A DNA stretch of 59,918 bases, filler included, from Nemertoderma westbladi (Eukaryota; Animalia; Xenacoelomorpha), in NCBI GenBank assembly GCA_032718475.1. It is 3 parts of 3 records of this genome, joined end to end, with 100 filler letters (N's around TTAATTAATTAA, not from the genome) between each part and the next. Parts side by side here need not be neighbours in the genome. Positions count along the whole stretch, not along the records: positions 22,246 to 47,789 come from JAUCBJ010006855.1; 2 more parts are not named here. One strand, 5' to 3'. The position numbers and the translations under genes were made by a program. Below, piece by piece: positions 25,043 to 39,029 of the stretch; position 1 is the first letter of the stretch, and every line of letters starts with the position of its first letter. The notes beneath the pieces are model-generated. The model was not told the origin of the DNA. It ran no database searches and worked only from the letters and a program-made list of their open reading frames with translations.

Positions 25043-25933
25043 ATGGACTTGATAGAGGATAATCTTGATATTAAGGAGAGATATATGCAACCTCTGCAAG
25101 TGTTCCTCAATAGTTTATTAAACGGTGACACTAGTAAACCGACAACAGCGGATGATGGATGCTATATCGAACCAACAATGACCAAACAACAACTTAAGCG
25201 TGAATTAGATTATCGAAAATTCGCCTCACGCTACACGCATCGATCATGATATAGACCTCAAACGCGTGTATTCTCTACCAGAGTTTTTAGAGAAAAACTA
25301 AGACGACAGGAAGAGAAGAATCAGCGAGAGGAGAATCAGCGAGAGGAGAAGCATATCGTGATTGGCGCAGTCTATAGTTTCACAAGTGTTCCCCTCCATC
25401 CTTCCTTGGTCATTTACACCATATTTGAGAACACCGCACTTTCAGGATGGTTAGCCGATGTGTGCAGCCGAACGATTCATCCTCATTCCCTCATCTTGGT
25501 AACTAAACTTGCCAAATTAGACGAACATAATAAGTTCATTCGATTTGAAGGTTTTAGGCGTTTTCAGACTCCGTTTTGGAACGTTGATAGTCAGTTCAAA
25601 GATTGCGCGTTGATTAGACTCAGCCCCCGAGACACCGCCGCTGAGAAACTGGATAGCGCTGGGTTTGCTATCTTTAAATATATTTGCACCCAGAACACGC
25701 ATTCCCCCACCCTGCAGCAACCCAAGATACCCTCGGGATACTCAGTAATGGAGATTCAAATCGAAAACCTGGAGAAAGATGTCGATTCGGGATACGTATA
25801 CTCCCTATCTGATTTCTTAGAAGAAAGGCCACATCAATGTGACGAGACGAATCAAATGTCGGAGGAGAAGCATACAGAGATACTGCTCCGCCAGAATTGG
25901 AAGAGCTTTGCTCTTATTTTAAAGATCAACTGA
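25043..25933 (+). pseudogene. LTR-element ORF1, about 296 codons, unknown function, one in-frame TGA at 25247
   Basis: ORFs 25043-25249 and 25358-25933 share a frame and the intervening 36 codons are open. Confidence 0.6.
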
Positions 25934-25935
25934 CC

Positions 25936-26725
25936 ATGGAGATTTATTGTGCTTATTGCCGGATCAATAATAAGCATATCTTTGCGGTTTGTCCCCAATT
26001 CATGACTCAATGCCATTATTGCCAGCTAAAAGGACACGCTAGTTTGGATCTGTCCTTTCGGTCAGGACATCGAAAGTGTGGACGAGTTAATCGTACTTCG
26101 ATATATGCGAACGTGGGAAGCCAGCGCAGATCTCCACTGCGAGTCATGCCATCTGTATTATCCGGGACGTGCGTACGAGGGAGTGTATGCATTCCACCTC
26201 TACCTCTTCCCCCAGGTCGAACAGAGAACTCGTATTTCCAGCTATGAATTAATTAAACGCGTTGGTGAGTGTATTTCCACCAAATACATCCGGAAATATA
26301 TACGAAATATTAATCCGAACCATATTGAATCTTACCATTTGATCAGCTTTATTAGTAGAGACCCAGCGTATGGTGAGACATTTGTAAATGCGCAAACCTG
26401 AGTTACAGGAAGTCCACCTTCGTCCCTCTGAGTACAAAGCGAGAGAACATGAACTAGAAAGAATCGTTAAAGTTTGTGCGCCCTCGATCCCTCGGGTCCT
26501 CAAATGAGCGTGCCAACATCGCAGCCAAGTCAAAGGAGAGGAGAGAATCTCCCACCAATATCGATCAACCGGGTACCTCGACCAGCGGATACACTGACCG
26601 AAATCCAAATCCTCCAGATGCAATTATATTTCACCCTTCACCCAGGAGTTATAGCCCTCCTATTAAAGTGGCTGGGTGCAGAGGAGAAAAGGCCTGCTCA
26701 GAAGCCCAAAAAACTCCGTAATGCC
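25936..26725 (+). pseudogene. LTR-element ORF2 with two N-terminal CCHC zinc knuckles; frameshifted
   Basis: ACCATGG start; CAYCRINNKHIFAVC and CHYCQLKGHAS-x-x-C (restored by removing one base near 26045); further shifts near 26395 and 26550; C-terminus homologous to 22255-22488. Confidence 0.65.
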
Positions 26726-26739
26726 CGAATACCATCAGT

Positions 26740-27404
26740 GGTGTGAGTTATAGAGCTCAAAGTCAATTATCTCTCTGCACAGCACAGCACTGCATTATAA
26801 ACTGCATTGTAACGGCAAACATCTGACTGCTGATTAACTGCCAACACCGCTGTTTTAATACTGTTTATATTGTTATTCATTGTTGTTTGGTAACATATTT
26901 AATGGATGTTTATATTTGGAGAATACGTACGAATAATCGATAATCCCAACTAACTCTCCTTATTATTGAAAGGTAAGCAGAAGGGAAGCCTTAGTAACGA
27001 TTGATTGGCTCAAATTATAGTGGTCTGTTCATATTTATGCTATTTCATAACCCCAACGTAAGCGAGCTAAATTTATCCTTATACAGTACGTGAACAAAAT
27101 TAGTAACAGTCGGCAAATTAGCGTGCTTCCGTATTTGTCAGTGAAGTGAGTGCAAGTTAATAATTGTACAATCCTAAAGAATGTAAATCATAGTGCTCTA
27201 TAAACAACCGCTGTAATTATTGTAAGTCATAACTCTGTCTGATATTTAAAGCGCAGCATCTGAAAGGAACTGTTGATATTACCCTGAAAGTAAGTAAACA
27301 TACTTTCATATCTTCTACTGTGGTCAGATTCTGTACGGGCTAGCAGACAATATAAGACACGTAAATTAACAGGTTAAACTGTTAAAGTTCTAAAAGTGCG
27401 AACA
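26740..27404 (+). mobile_element. Diverged partial 3' LTR of the same family
   Basis: Colinear blocks shared with 23150-23825 (TTGGA.AATACG, GTCGGCA, TCCTAAAGAAT, AAAGGAACTGTT.ATATT, CAGGTTAAACTG); ends GCGAACA. Confidence 0.6.
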
Positions 27405-29822
27405 CTGTAGGTGTAGGTTGGCAGATACTCAGTTATTTGTTATATCTCAAATCTCAAAATGACATTAGTACAGTAATTGCACAACCGACAAAGTTTGTTA
27501 AATGACAGAACTACAGTATGAAAGCGGTGTCTACAACTGTAGACTAAATTATCAATTGATATGCTAGTGGCTAGCCTATGTTGTCAGTAATACTGTAACT
27601 AATTTAGAAGCACCAATTGAAATTATATGTTACTTTCATTAATTTATTGTTTTATATATTTTTGTGTGTCTTTAATAATAATAAGCTTGTAGGCTTACGC
27701 TACAAAAACAACAACAAGTATTTCCATTTATTGACCACCCCCCCACCCCCCCCCCCCCCCCCCTCCCCCAACACTATATCAGTTTAAAAAAATTATTTGC
27801 ATACTACGTACGGCCCGCGCAAATGTCATTGTGAATTAATTATTATAATATGTACATTAGTTAGTATGTATCGTGGCCTATATGGCAGAAGTAAATTTGT
27901 TAATAACATAACAGTAACAGAAGTAGTTTTCCCCAACCGACACCCCTTCTGGCAATTAGGCCGAACCAACACACCTTTTGGCTATGACAGTATGAGAGAT
28001 TGTTAGCCAATGAGGTGAGCTTATTTAAGGAACAGCCAATTAGAAGCACAGAAATACTTCCATCAGCTGAAACGACATCCCAATTGGAAATATGACATAG
28101 GGGTAAGGTAAGGTATTGTTGTCGGGCAGTACTGCAGTACGGCAGTACAGTCAGACGGTAGTGCAGACGGTACCTACCTGCCTGCCTACTGACCTATCTA
28201 ATATCTGTTGTTGTTCTACTGCTGTACTGCAGAACAGCAGTACTGTAGGCCCTAATTCATAGTTTAGCTGTTTAGGGCAGTAGGGTACTGGTTTAGTCTG
28301 TTACTGTACCTAACTTAACTTTTCCTGACATCTTGATCCTCACGTCACTGTCCTTCCCTGTTCTGCTGTTCCCTTTCAAATAGGCCTATTACAGTACTGC
28401 AGTAGGCCTATCGTACGACTGTATGAAGTTGTTGCTTTATTACCGGGCAGCCGGGACTTTTTAGATACAGGGGAGGACTTTTAAAGTACCGGTACTGTAC
28501 AGTTATTTTTACTCAATATTGTATTTATAGCCTACTGCAACGCACGAACTTGATGCCCACACGTCTTACTTCTGTACTTCTATTTTTATTCTTGGCAGCT
28601 TGATGCAGTTCACCCTTGTGTTTTTACACGTCTTCTTCTGTACTTACGACTTATCTACTGTATATAGGGGACCCCCATGGAAACGAGACTCTGTCTCTTC
28701 TCTTTGCAGCTTTGGGATATCCCCAACATTAGATACACCACTATTATCTTATAAAATCACGACACATCAGTTCTGCCGTGATATGACAGGACAGTCACGC
28801 TGTCACGACAGAATTACCCTTGCGAACACCATTATGAACTAGGACTGTCTGACTGTACTGTGATCGACTGCATCGTGACCGTACTGTATGTATCTGTGTA
28901 TAAATCAACAATTTTATTCACACTCACACTACGTATAGGCTAATTTGATATTTTTAACTAGCCATACTATTTTCACATATACATTGTTTATAATGGTTAT
29001 ACGTGTCTTTTGTATATTTTCTTATTGTTAGCTCTATTTTATTTTTTATATTTAATGTCAATTAAACAATTCCAATTCCGACCCCCTGAATACAGACAAC
29101 TTTACCTTCTGCATATTTTTTTGCAATTTTCTTCTCTCTTGTTTTATCAAATCGTTTATTGTTTTGGTTCCTTCTGGTCTAGCTACCGCTACCACTGTCA
29201 GACTGTAGGTAGCCGAACGAGTGTAACCTGCTCCTTTCTGCCTTTACTTTTCAATTTTTTTTTATTTATTCTTGTGTTTTTTGGTCATTATCAAGGTACC
29301 GGTAGTACTGCAGTACTGTAATATAGAATCCAAAATATGTGGGGTTCGGACAAGCTGACAAGGACTACTATACTACAGGACTGGCACACCCCTTCATGGC
29401 TTCATCCGACTTCGCTAGCCAAGTCCATTGGTTTGATATTGCTTTATACTGTTATTGACATTGTTATCAAAGGATTTGCATGAAATTTAGTACACAATCG
29501 TAATTATTTGTAACATAATATATTTTGGTGTCAAGAAATAAAGGACGAGCGCAGCGAGGCTTGTAAGAAAGGGGACGAGTGTTGTTGTTGTATACCCCTA
29601 CTAACTATTCATTATAATCTTGAACGACAGTCTTTAGTACATTGTGCGACATAAAAACGATGTGAACAGTATCCCTACACTCTACAGCCATATCGGTAGG
29701 GAAATATTGTGACACAGATTATAACGGATTCAACTAGCGGTATATTGTCTATACAATATACAATACATACATAGACCTCTCTCTATATTCTTTATCTCTG
29801 GTCATTTAACACATATCTCAGT

Positions 29823-31158
29823 TTAAAGAGCCTCTCCAGAATGTGAGTCGCGCCGTTTCTGCCTTTCCATATATCGCTTTTGTACTCCATTAAGAAGGGT
29901 GTTTGCTAGGGTCTGAGGATACGGCAAGCACCTATTGGTGGCAGTGGAGTGATACCGCAATAAACCGCAATCATGTGTATTACTTGAGTTAGTTGTTTGT
30001 AGCACCGCAGTTCCACCAGGTACAGCATCCACCAATGCAGCAGACGCCATGGCCCACCATACCAGGTGATGCGGAGCAAGTTGTAATCTACCACGAGTTA
30101 GGACATGGGTAACCTCCTCTAAAATATCACCTGTGATGTCTAACTCTGGGATTACCTTTACCAGGAATCCTGCAACGTATCCAGCTGCGTGAAACTCATC
30201 ATAAATGACTTCATTATCCACTAGCTGTTAAATTTTCCTCAGAATTTCCATTGTTATTGGAGTAATACAAGATGGACATACTTTCAGGTGTTCAGGTGCT
30301 TTTAAAGTGGATGGGATCTCGTCTAATAGAACAAACTCTAGAGTATAAACTCAAGCTTAGACTTATATTTGGATGACCACAAGCTGCCAAGATCAATCGC
30401 GGCATTAACGAACTCATTTGCTTTCGTACTGTCGTAAGTAGCGATGTCGTAGTACCAACATTACGTTTCATGACTGCAAATGACTTCTCCCAACTGAGAC
30501 CAACGTATTAGTTGGCTATTGCGAACGAGGCAATGCGATAACCCCAAGCAGCAACCCAGCTGATCAACCGCCGATCGGCCGATACAAACACGTCTGAGCA
30601 AAGTTGCTTCTTTGACGAAAGTGAAACCTGTCCAATATATACGTCGTTATGGAATAAAAGAGCAATACTTGGAACTCCGATCGGTTCACAAAAATGTCAG
30701 TATCGCGATTCCCTTTAGACACGTACAGACGTAGAAACAACACAGCAACAGGTTCAGTCAGCTGCAAAAAGCCCCCAATTAACAGATTAAATCTCATTCA
30801 TTGAGTAACTGAAGTTGGCGTTCCTCAATGGGAGGATTTCTAGTGGAGCTGTGGAGTGCTGGAGTGAGAGGTAGCAGTGGAACTCACGATAAGGTAAGTC
30901 CAGGGAAGTAGAACGGAGTCGCAAGGAACCGCCAGGAACTTTCTTGGGCGGAATTCCCTCGGGAAACTCTGGCCAATATTGAATACAAATGACGGCAGTG
31001 CTTCCGTACTTAAACGGGGAGCCGTCATATACACTGCGTTGTGGTAGCGCAGCGATCCTCTGATCTCGTTCGGCACCGACAGGAGGAAGTTTCACTATGC
31101 GTACGGGATTTCCTGAGTAATTGCCGTCGCAACCAAATACACAACAATGATTAGGCAT
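29823..31158 (-). pseudogene. THAP-domain P-element/THAP9-like transposase remnant, internally deleted
   Basis: MPNHCCVFGC...KLP...VIC THAP-like N-terminus (His ligand appears replaced by Tyr); C-terminal YVAGF...LTRGRL..AP resembles the YIAGY...RGGL..P motif of P-type transposases. Confidence 0.65.
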
Positions 31159-31249
31159 GATAGGCCTAATAATTATAATTAACTTGTTCTGAAAAATTGG
31201 TAGTTTAGCACCTTTAGCCTAATGTTGTAATACAGTAATACGGCACCTT

Positions 31250-32338
31250 TATATGGGATTCCTGATGAAATTATTGCAGCAATCAGATCAGTATACGATG
31301 GTTCAACAACATTTGTGTCTACTGTTGACGGTGACACAGAACCATTTGAAGTGTTATGGGGCGTCCTCTAGGGAGACACACTTGCACCATTCTTGTTCAT
31401 AATTGTTGTTGACTATGTTCTACGCATGTCCTTAGATCATCATAATGATGATTGGGTTATGATAACTCCACCTACTGGCTCCAGAAGTCGAGGAAATCCT
31501 GCCAAGTACCTAACTGATCTAGACTTTGCTGATGACTTAGGAGTACTATCAGAATCACTAGAGGGAGCCCAACGGCTCCTCAGCTCATTAGAACATGCTG
31601 CTTCTAATGTTGGTCTTTTTATTAACTCCAGAAAGACCAAAATTTTGACAGTTAACTTTGAAAGTCCTCAGCAAGTCTCTGATCGGAGGAGCATAAGCTC
31701 AAAAGATGGTATGCTTGAGCATGTGGATGACTTCTGTTACATGGGACCATGGATCCGGAAGTCAGGTGAGGACCTTCGAATACGTAAGGGAAAGGTATGG
31801 GCAGCCTTGAATAGGCTTTCCAGGATTTGGAAGTCACCAAGAATTAATCGGAAACTTAGGGTCCGATTATTTAGAGCAGCAGTAGTTCCAGTACTCCTCT
31901 ATGGGAGTCCATGCTGGGCTCTAACTGCTGAGGACACCAAATCTCTGGATGGCACATTCACAAGAATGCTACGCCGGGTTCATTGTGTCAAGTACAATGC
32001 ACACATCTCCAACCAGACACTATATAACATTGGAGGTGTCTCATTGGTTCCCCCAAGCTTGACACTAGAACAAAATCGCCTCCGCTTTGCAGGACATTGC
32101 TTTCGCCGTGAGGACCAGCCAGTGCATAATCTTGTACTTTGGCAGCCTCATGGAGTGAATAAGCATGGTGGACAGCCCATGACTTTCTTGAGACGCATCT
32201 TAAAGGACACTGGCCTTGAAGATGCGGATGATCTAGCAAATGTCATGGGTGATAGGGAATTGTGGCGGTGCAATTTTGTCGATAAGCCGGCACAGCATTC
32301 TTAAAAATGCAGCTGCAATGCAGCATGCCGATCCTAGT
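31250..32338 (+). mobile_element. 5'-truncated RTE-clade LINE
   Basis: GVL*GDTLAPFL (premature stop), FADD, VPVLLYG, RLRFAGHC, DRELWR; (TAG)n tail; 16-bp TSD AGTAATACGGCACCTT at 31234-31249 and 32339-32354. Confidence 0.92.
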
Positions 32339-33366
32339 AGTAATACGGCACCTTAAATACCTAACTGATTTAATTACTACCAAATGGTACCACCTACCCT
32401 ACCTGTACCGGACCGGTCGCGGTACCGTACCATTGTACGGGTACACGCTACCAGGATAGGCCTACCATACGTCCATACAGCCGTCCAGTTAAATGTACTG
32501 TACTATCTGACTATACTAACTGTACTATTCCCTTCCCTTCGTATTTGTCTGTTTGTAGTGTAATTTACCGGGGGTTTGCGGTTTGGTGGCGGCAGCGAGG
32601 GGCAACCACCAATTAAAGAAATTGGGGTAAATTTTAGTTACAGTCATATCCGCACCTCTGGCTAACTGGTATTTTCGTATCCCAGCAGGTAGCAGCTAGG
32701 TTATTCCAGTCTGCCAGTATTCTGGAATATTATTATTGTTAGGCCTGTAGGCCCTATGCATACGCAAATGACAGCTGATTACTCCCAATCCCAAATGTAA
32801 AACTGTTCTATTGACTTTAGTTTATTGTTTTGGTTAGAATAACGTGCTTTTGTAACCTGCTCCTTTCCCTTAATTCAGCAATTAATAAGATGCCAGAGCT
32901 GCGCATATTAACGAACATTTTTTGAACCTTTTTTCGTCGATTCCCCTGTCTGCCTATGCCAGTCAATTCCAAAATTTACATCATGACAAAAAGGCCATAA
33001 ACTCATGATTTTCTGTCGCGCTGCTTGGAAGTTATTAGACCTACACATATAGATATTCTCTGTGTAAAAATGTTGTTTAAATCAAAAATTGCGACAGGGA
33101 AAAATTTTATCACTGTGCCACAAATGTTATAGAACCAAGGGGGGAGTTAGGAGATAAGCTAATAAGTCTACCTAATATGCAGATTACAGAGATAGCCAGA
33201 TCAGCAGATAGGTATAATCCAAATGTAAATCCATGTAGTGTTGAGTCTGATTAGTAATAATACAATTACAACAATAAGTATAAACAACAACGCTATCTCT
33301 GTGGAAGCTCTGCTTGTCTCGGCTTGGCTTGAATCTCTAACAACTTTCCGTCTTTAAGTCGCGCCA

Positions 33367-34518
33367 ATGGCGTTCAGATCGAGTGACGAGAACGAGGAAT
33401 TCAACTCGAACGACGGCTACTTCCCGGTCCTGCAGGGCTACGGTAGTGCGGATATCGACGAGGAAGAAGGCCCCGGTTGGGACAACAAACCGCGGATACT
33501 GTTAATGGGACTGCGAAGGAGCGGCAAGTCCTCCATACAGAACGTCGTGTTCCACAAGATGCCTCCGAACGAAACTCTATTCCTCGAGAGCACGAATAAA
33601 ATAATCAAGGACGACATATCCAACATGAGTTTCATACAGTTCTCGATATGGGACCTCCCGGGTCAAATCGACTATTCCGAGGGTCAATTCGACCCTAAAG
33701 AACTATTCGAGAACTGCGGCGCTATCATATTCGTTATCGACGCACAAGATGAATATATAGACGCGCTCGGTAAATTAATACACATCGTAAAGTGTACCCA
33801 CGAGGCGCACGCGAGCCAGTCTATAAAGTTCGAGGTCTTTATACACAAAGTAGACGGTTTGACAGACGAAGTCAAGATAGACATACAGCGGGACATTCAT
33901 TCGCGAGCCAATGAGGACCTCGCGCTCGCTGAGAACCACCAACTAGACAACATACAGCTCTCCTTCTACCTCACCAGCATCTACGATCACTCCATCTTCG
34001 AGGCGTTCAGTCAAGTCGTACAGAAACTCATACCCCAACTCCCCACCCTCGAAAACCTCATCAACATCGTCATCTCCAACTCGGGCATCGAGAAAGCCTT
34101 CCTCTTTGACGTGGTCAGCAAGATCTACGTGGCCACCGACAGCTCCCCCGTCAACATGGAGATCTACGAACTCTGCTGCGACATGATCGACGTTGTCATC
34201 GACGTCTCCTGTATCTACGGGCTGAAGGGCGACAAGAAGCAGCTGGAAGGGACGGGATCTTCGGCCTACGACCCCGAGAGCGCCTCCGTTATTAAACTCA
34301 CCAACGGAACTGTATTGTACCTCCGCGAGGTGAACCGCTACTTGGCCTTGGTCTGTTTGGTGCGTGGGGATGACTTTGAAACCATTAACGACCCTTTCCA
34401 CTTCCCCTTTAAGAGCGTCCTCGATTACAACTTCCATATATTCCGTAAAGCCATCCAAGAGGTCTTTACTATTGGTAAATCGAATGTGGTTAATGGGATT
34501 GATGACCCTAGCGGTTAA
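33367..34518 (+). CDS. RRAGC: Ras-related GTP-binding protein C/D (Rag GTPase, Gtr2 type), single exon
   Basis: [62 protein letters not shown]; 383 aa. Confidence 0.97.
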   Translation: MAFRSSDENEEFNSNDGYFPVLQGYGSADIDEEEGPGWDNKPRILLMGLRRSGKSSIQNVVFHKMPPNETLFLESTNKIIKDDISNMSFIQFSIWDLPGQIDYSEGQFDPKELFENCGAIIFVIDAQDEYIDALGKLIHIVKCTHEAHASQSIKFEVFIHKVDGLTDEVKIDIQRDIHSRANEDLALAENHQLDNIQLSFYLTSIYDHSIFEAFSQVVQKLIPQLPTLENLINIVISNSGIEKAFLFDVVSKIYVATDSSPVNMEIYELCCDMIDVVIDVSCIYGLKGDKKQLEGTGSSAYDPESASVIKLTNGTVLYLREVNRYLALVCLVRGDDFETINDPFHFPFKSVLDYNFHIFRKAIQEVFTIGKSNVVNGIDDPSG

Positions 34519-35029
34519 CCACATTTAATGGTATATTATTATATTTTAATTAGTTGTACAAAAAGGTTGAATTACGAATCGCAGTTTTAATTGATGCGCC
34601 ATTCCGAATAGTAATAAAATATAAACTCATGTTATATAAAACTGTATTATATAGACGGGGAAAGTTGGAGAAGTTTAATTCTATAATAAATGTGTTATTT
34701 TTTTAATTCAAACGACCCGCAGTCCTAAATCCTACTGTCCTAAGGGATAACTTAAAATCTGATTTGATATAATGGGATATAAATAACATCAGCTCATCCT
34801 TCCATTGAATATATATCTCTGCTTATATACCTCCACATTGCTATCTAAACTAGCCATTGTGTATAACAAGTTGACATTATCTTTCACCCATAAATTTTTT
34901 TATATTTAACAAGATAAATTAATTGATCGTATAGTTCTATCAGATTGCACTATCGGTAAATCGTTATTGTAAATTTAATCAGCAGGCGATTTTCCCACTT
35001 ATGTATTTAAACTTCACCTTCTTTCCCTA

Positions 35030-35478
35030 ACCGCAGGTTTCTCAAACTAAAGGCCCACAATTTCTCATAAAAAGATAATGAGCACTTAACTAAGTGGCCA
35101 CTTAAATAATTTAAGGTGGAATTTATCCACGACTGAAAGTTTCCGATCCTGTAAAAGAGATGCTTTAATTTACCAGATAGGCCTACTATATGACTGGCTT
35201 TTCAGTTTCAGTTTTATTGTTTATTCTCGATTTTCGTCGATGTCTATTTTAACTACAGGAACAAAATCCATAACATTACCGGTACAGAGCAAACTACATT
35301 ATTTTTTAGTTACTTAAGTCTTAAGTGGCCAAATAAGCTCTTCCATAAAATGGGAAATATTTAATGGTCATTTAACTTTAGAGAAACTACTAATAATAAA
35401 TTTAAAAGAGGCCACTTAGTAACAAAACACTTAGTTTAAGTGCTCAATTTAAGTTAAGTGAGTTTTGAGAAACCGGTC
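35030..35478. mobile_element. Diverged Harbinger-type MITE with CACTTAA/TTAAGTG motifs
   Basis: GGTTTCTCAAA ... TTTGAGAAACC inverted ends; motifs resemble the 17581 element subtermini. Confidence 0.45.
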
Positions 35479-35584
35479 TTTAATACTATTTAATTGATGC
35501 TACTTTAATTCGGATATTACTGGATAAAATTATTTTACTAATTCATTAAAAATATTTAAAAACTAATTAACACAATAGGCATTA

Positions 35585-35980
35585 TGGGGAGTTCATAAAG
35601 TATGTCACGCACTAGGGGGGGGGGGGGGGGGGGTAGAGCTTGCGTGACATTTTGTGACAGAGGGGGGAGATGGGTGTCGACTTTTGTGACGGTCACGGCG
35701 ATGTTCTATACTTTAATGTTAGCTTGACTTTGACTTTCACACATGTGTAGAAGATTGGGTAACTTTAAGGAAAACAATAAACACAATAACATTGAGTATA
35801 ATCGATAAATTGAGTAGGACAATTGAGTAGATAATAAACTCAATAACATTGAGTATAATCGATAAATTGAGTAGGACATAAAAACCATTGATTCCAACAC
35901 AAAACTGTGTGACAGAGGGGGAGGGGGGGGGGGGTCAAAAATCTGAAAAATTTGCGCGACATACTTTATGATCGCTCCCT
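35585..35980. mobile_element. MITE with poly-G tracts
   Basis: TCATAAAGTATGTCACGCA / TGCGCGACATACTTTATGA inverted ends; internal direct repeat of about 47 bp. Confidence 0.65.
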
Positions 35981-37395
35981 TAGACTGGGCGGTGGGTGCA
36001 ACCCCACAGATTGTTTGATATTTGCAGATACACCTTGCAGGGCAGCTTGCCTGTTAGTAGTAGAAGCAACTAGTGTGAAAGTAATTGGTTGCTGGATTGT
36101 TCGCTTCTGTGTAGCAACGTTATTGTAATTACCGCCATGTTATTACGTTATTTTGCGCAGTCGCAGGGTGTTGATGGGTGCCGTACACACATTGTCATTG
36201 TTAATTATAACTTTTCCTGATAGAGGGGTCGAGTTATTCATAAATTAAATAAATTGATGTAGACAATGGAGTATTAAATATCTTGTAAACCGTTTAATTC
36301 AATGACGTCAGCTCTTCGGCTAACTCAGAATATTTACCAATCATTATTAGTATGACTGAACTTTTATCCAGTGTTATCGGTTCTTAAGAAAGTTTTAATC
36401 AACTTATCCTATAACTTTCATGTTTACGATATGCAAATAATGACCATATTTTATATACATAATAATTGGTCCATTTACTGTTGCCTACGCTACGCGTTAT
36501 ATATTATTATCTGTGATATATTTATAAAAAATTTATATATGTATATTTATAATTTATCTCCTTTATTAAATGTAATAGCTAAAAACTCATATGCTTCAGG
36601 TTCTGAAGTTAATACAAAGCAGTAATTCGCACTCCAGACGGGGGCCGGGGGGGGGGGGGGGGGGACTAATGACGCAATCAAAATAGGATTACCTTTCGTT
36701 AAATTTTTGGTTATAATAACAAACCCCTGTAACCTCTTAATTCGCCGAGATGGTATTTGCTATTTTCCTCCTATTTCCTTTTCTATTTTCTTAAAATGTT
36801 TCTCATTTCTTGCAAAAAACTGACAAGGTTAAACGAAAGGCGGGGTTCAATCTTTTAAGTGAATAACCTTCCATGACATTAAAAAAAATATATTTCCAGG
36901 TATTCCCCGGTGATTGACTACCCTGAAAGCCCTGATATATCCTACGTCATACAATCCCTAGATAGGCTAAAATTTGGTACATCAAGTAAATTTGAGATTC
37001 AGTTTTTAAATAAACAGAAATATTAGTCATGGAACATTCCGGGATTTGATTTGAACACTGAAATGTTGTGGTTATTTTTATAAAGTCAAAATTAGGTTAG
37101 TGTGGGTTAATAATACTTATCTGCAGAACACCTTCCAATTAAACAATAAGATAATATTAGATGAAATTAATATTATTTAATAAATTAAATAATTTAGTCA
37201 TATTCAAATTGTCCAATGTCTCATAAAATAGTATTCCCCGGTCCCATGGGTAGGTACCGGTACTCAATATCTGCACTAGCGCACACAAGGTAGTTGCGGA
37301 ACGGGTGAGCGCGACCTTCTATCATTGTCCGGTGTTCACTGCTGTACTGCAGTAGTTATCGATGTAAACTAGAAATCTAGCGGAGTACGACACAA

Positions 37396-37803
37396 TTATT
37401 TATTAATTTTTCTTGTTCGAGTCTCATATACCATAGGATATTTAACAATATAAGTCTCCTCATTCGTGACAACCTCGGCTTTCTTAAAGAAGAACTTCCT
37501 CAGATTTCTACACTCCACGCCGCACTTTGACGAGGAGCAGTTTGGGCAGGCGAAGTGGCAACCGGTACAATCTTCGTCCAGACAATCACAAAGGTCCTTC
37601 CCGTCGGTAACGAATACGCCATTCTCGTCGTACAGAGATCGACCTCGTTTGGTGGAAGTTTCTGCGGGTTTCCGTTGGTCCCGTTTCGCCCATAGCGAGC
37701 GATTGTGTTTCATATCGGACCATTGCTCTCCGGGGTTACGGAATTCAAGGTTTTTCAAAGTTTTGGATAATTTGTTATCTCCGGCTGCATTTGATTCATC
37801 CAT
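37396..37803 (-). CDS. ARL14EP: ARL14 effector protein-like (ARF7EP C-terminal Cys-rich domain)
   Basis: YDENG...DLCDCLDEDCTGCHFACPNCSSSKCGVECRNLRK signature. Confidence 0.88.
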   Translation of the reverse strand: MDESNAAGDNKLSKTLKNLEFRNPGEQWSDMKHNRSLWAKRDQRKPAETSTKRGRSLYDENGVFVTDGKDLCDCLDEDCTGCHFACPNCSSSKCGVECRNLRKFFFKKAEVVTNEETYIVKYPMVYETRTRKINK

Positions 37804-39029
37804 GCCGGGAAGGTAGGAGGTACAAATAACCGATAAACAGACAAAGGTCGGGAGGTAGCAGCGTAGAACTGTAGAAGTCTTGTTGTTAGAGATGTCAGTG
37901 CTGCAAAATTTAGACTAGGACTACAGACTAGCCTATGATATAGCTGTATAGTACAGTAGTACCGTACCGGTACTGTAGTACTGTAGTATAATCATATCCG
38001 CCCATTCCCATCAGCCATTGTCGGTTGAGATATTTCGGATGAGTGACGCCAGTACGCCAACTATCGTCAAGTTTTTGAAGAAATACTAAGTATTACTGCT
38101 GAACCGTGTAATTTTACCCTATTACCTACCTGCCTACCGGTATCGTGTTACAGTATTAGTACTGCAACTGGTTCTGGCAGTCTGTAAGCGTGTTCATGGA
38201 GTACAGATATAATTACTGAACGCGGGAAATTTGAATTTCACTTGTTTCTATTTCGGCACTAGGCCTGTATGTATCGTACACTTAAAGTAAAAAATGTGTT
38301 GCTATAGGAAACTTTTGTTGTAAGTCACATTTTTAGTCAATAAAAATAACAATTTTTCTGTCGATACAAAAAGTAATGTTTCCATTTCATTAATAATATC
38401 ATTACATTTAAATTTTTTATTCCAAAATTGTAACATTACTCAACGCCGTTAGTATTAACTGCGAGTTGTTATTTAGCACTTTACAACTTTTGAGGACATT
38501 ACAGCATTGTATTGGCCTGTATATTTAGTATTGTATTTGGTGTTATTTACGTGGTATCCATGACGGCGTTAAGTAATGTCCACTAAGGGGACATTACTTA
38601 ACGCCGTCATTGGTTATACCACGTAAGGTGGAAATTTGCCTGATACCAGATAGGCCTACTGCATTACCTACCGGTAGGCGGGGTATAGCTATTAATTACC
38701 AGTAGCTAAATTATTAACATAGCTCCAAACGCCACCATAAATATAAGCTAACTTATTTATAACATAATTTATGTCATTTGTACATTTATTTATACAGCAA
38801 CTAATTTGTACAGTTTCTATCACTTATAATGTATATGTACAATCATTTAGTAATGTTAAAATTTTGGAATAAAACTACATATATACTTGTTGCAAAGTAC
38901 TTTACAGTGTTCTGATCCTCGTGGCTTTATTTTCACTCACTCACTAACGTTCGTTCGTGTAACAAAGCCACTCAGATCATCACACTGTAAAGTGCTATAC
39001 TTTACACACAAGTATATAAATAGTTATTG

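Noticed and set aside
33943-34524. 193-aa antisense ORF (and similar ones opposite NDUFA9 and TRNT1)
   Set aside because: Shadow of a GC3-rich sense gene.
38547-38626. Long hairpin as a pre-miRNA
   Set aside because: The stem core is perfect for 23 bp with no G-U pairs and a third arm copy lies at about 38434, pointing to transposon subterminal repeats.
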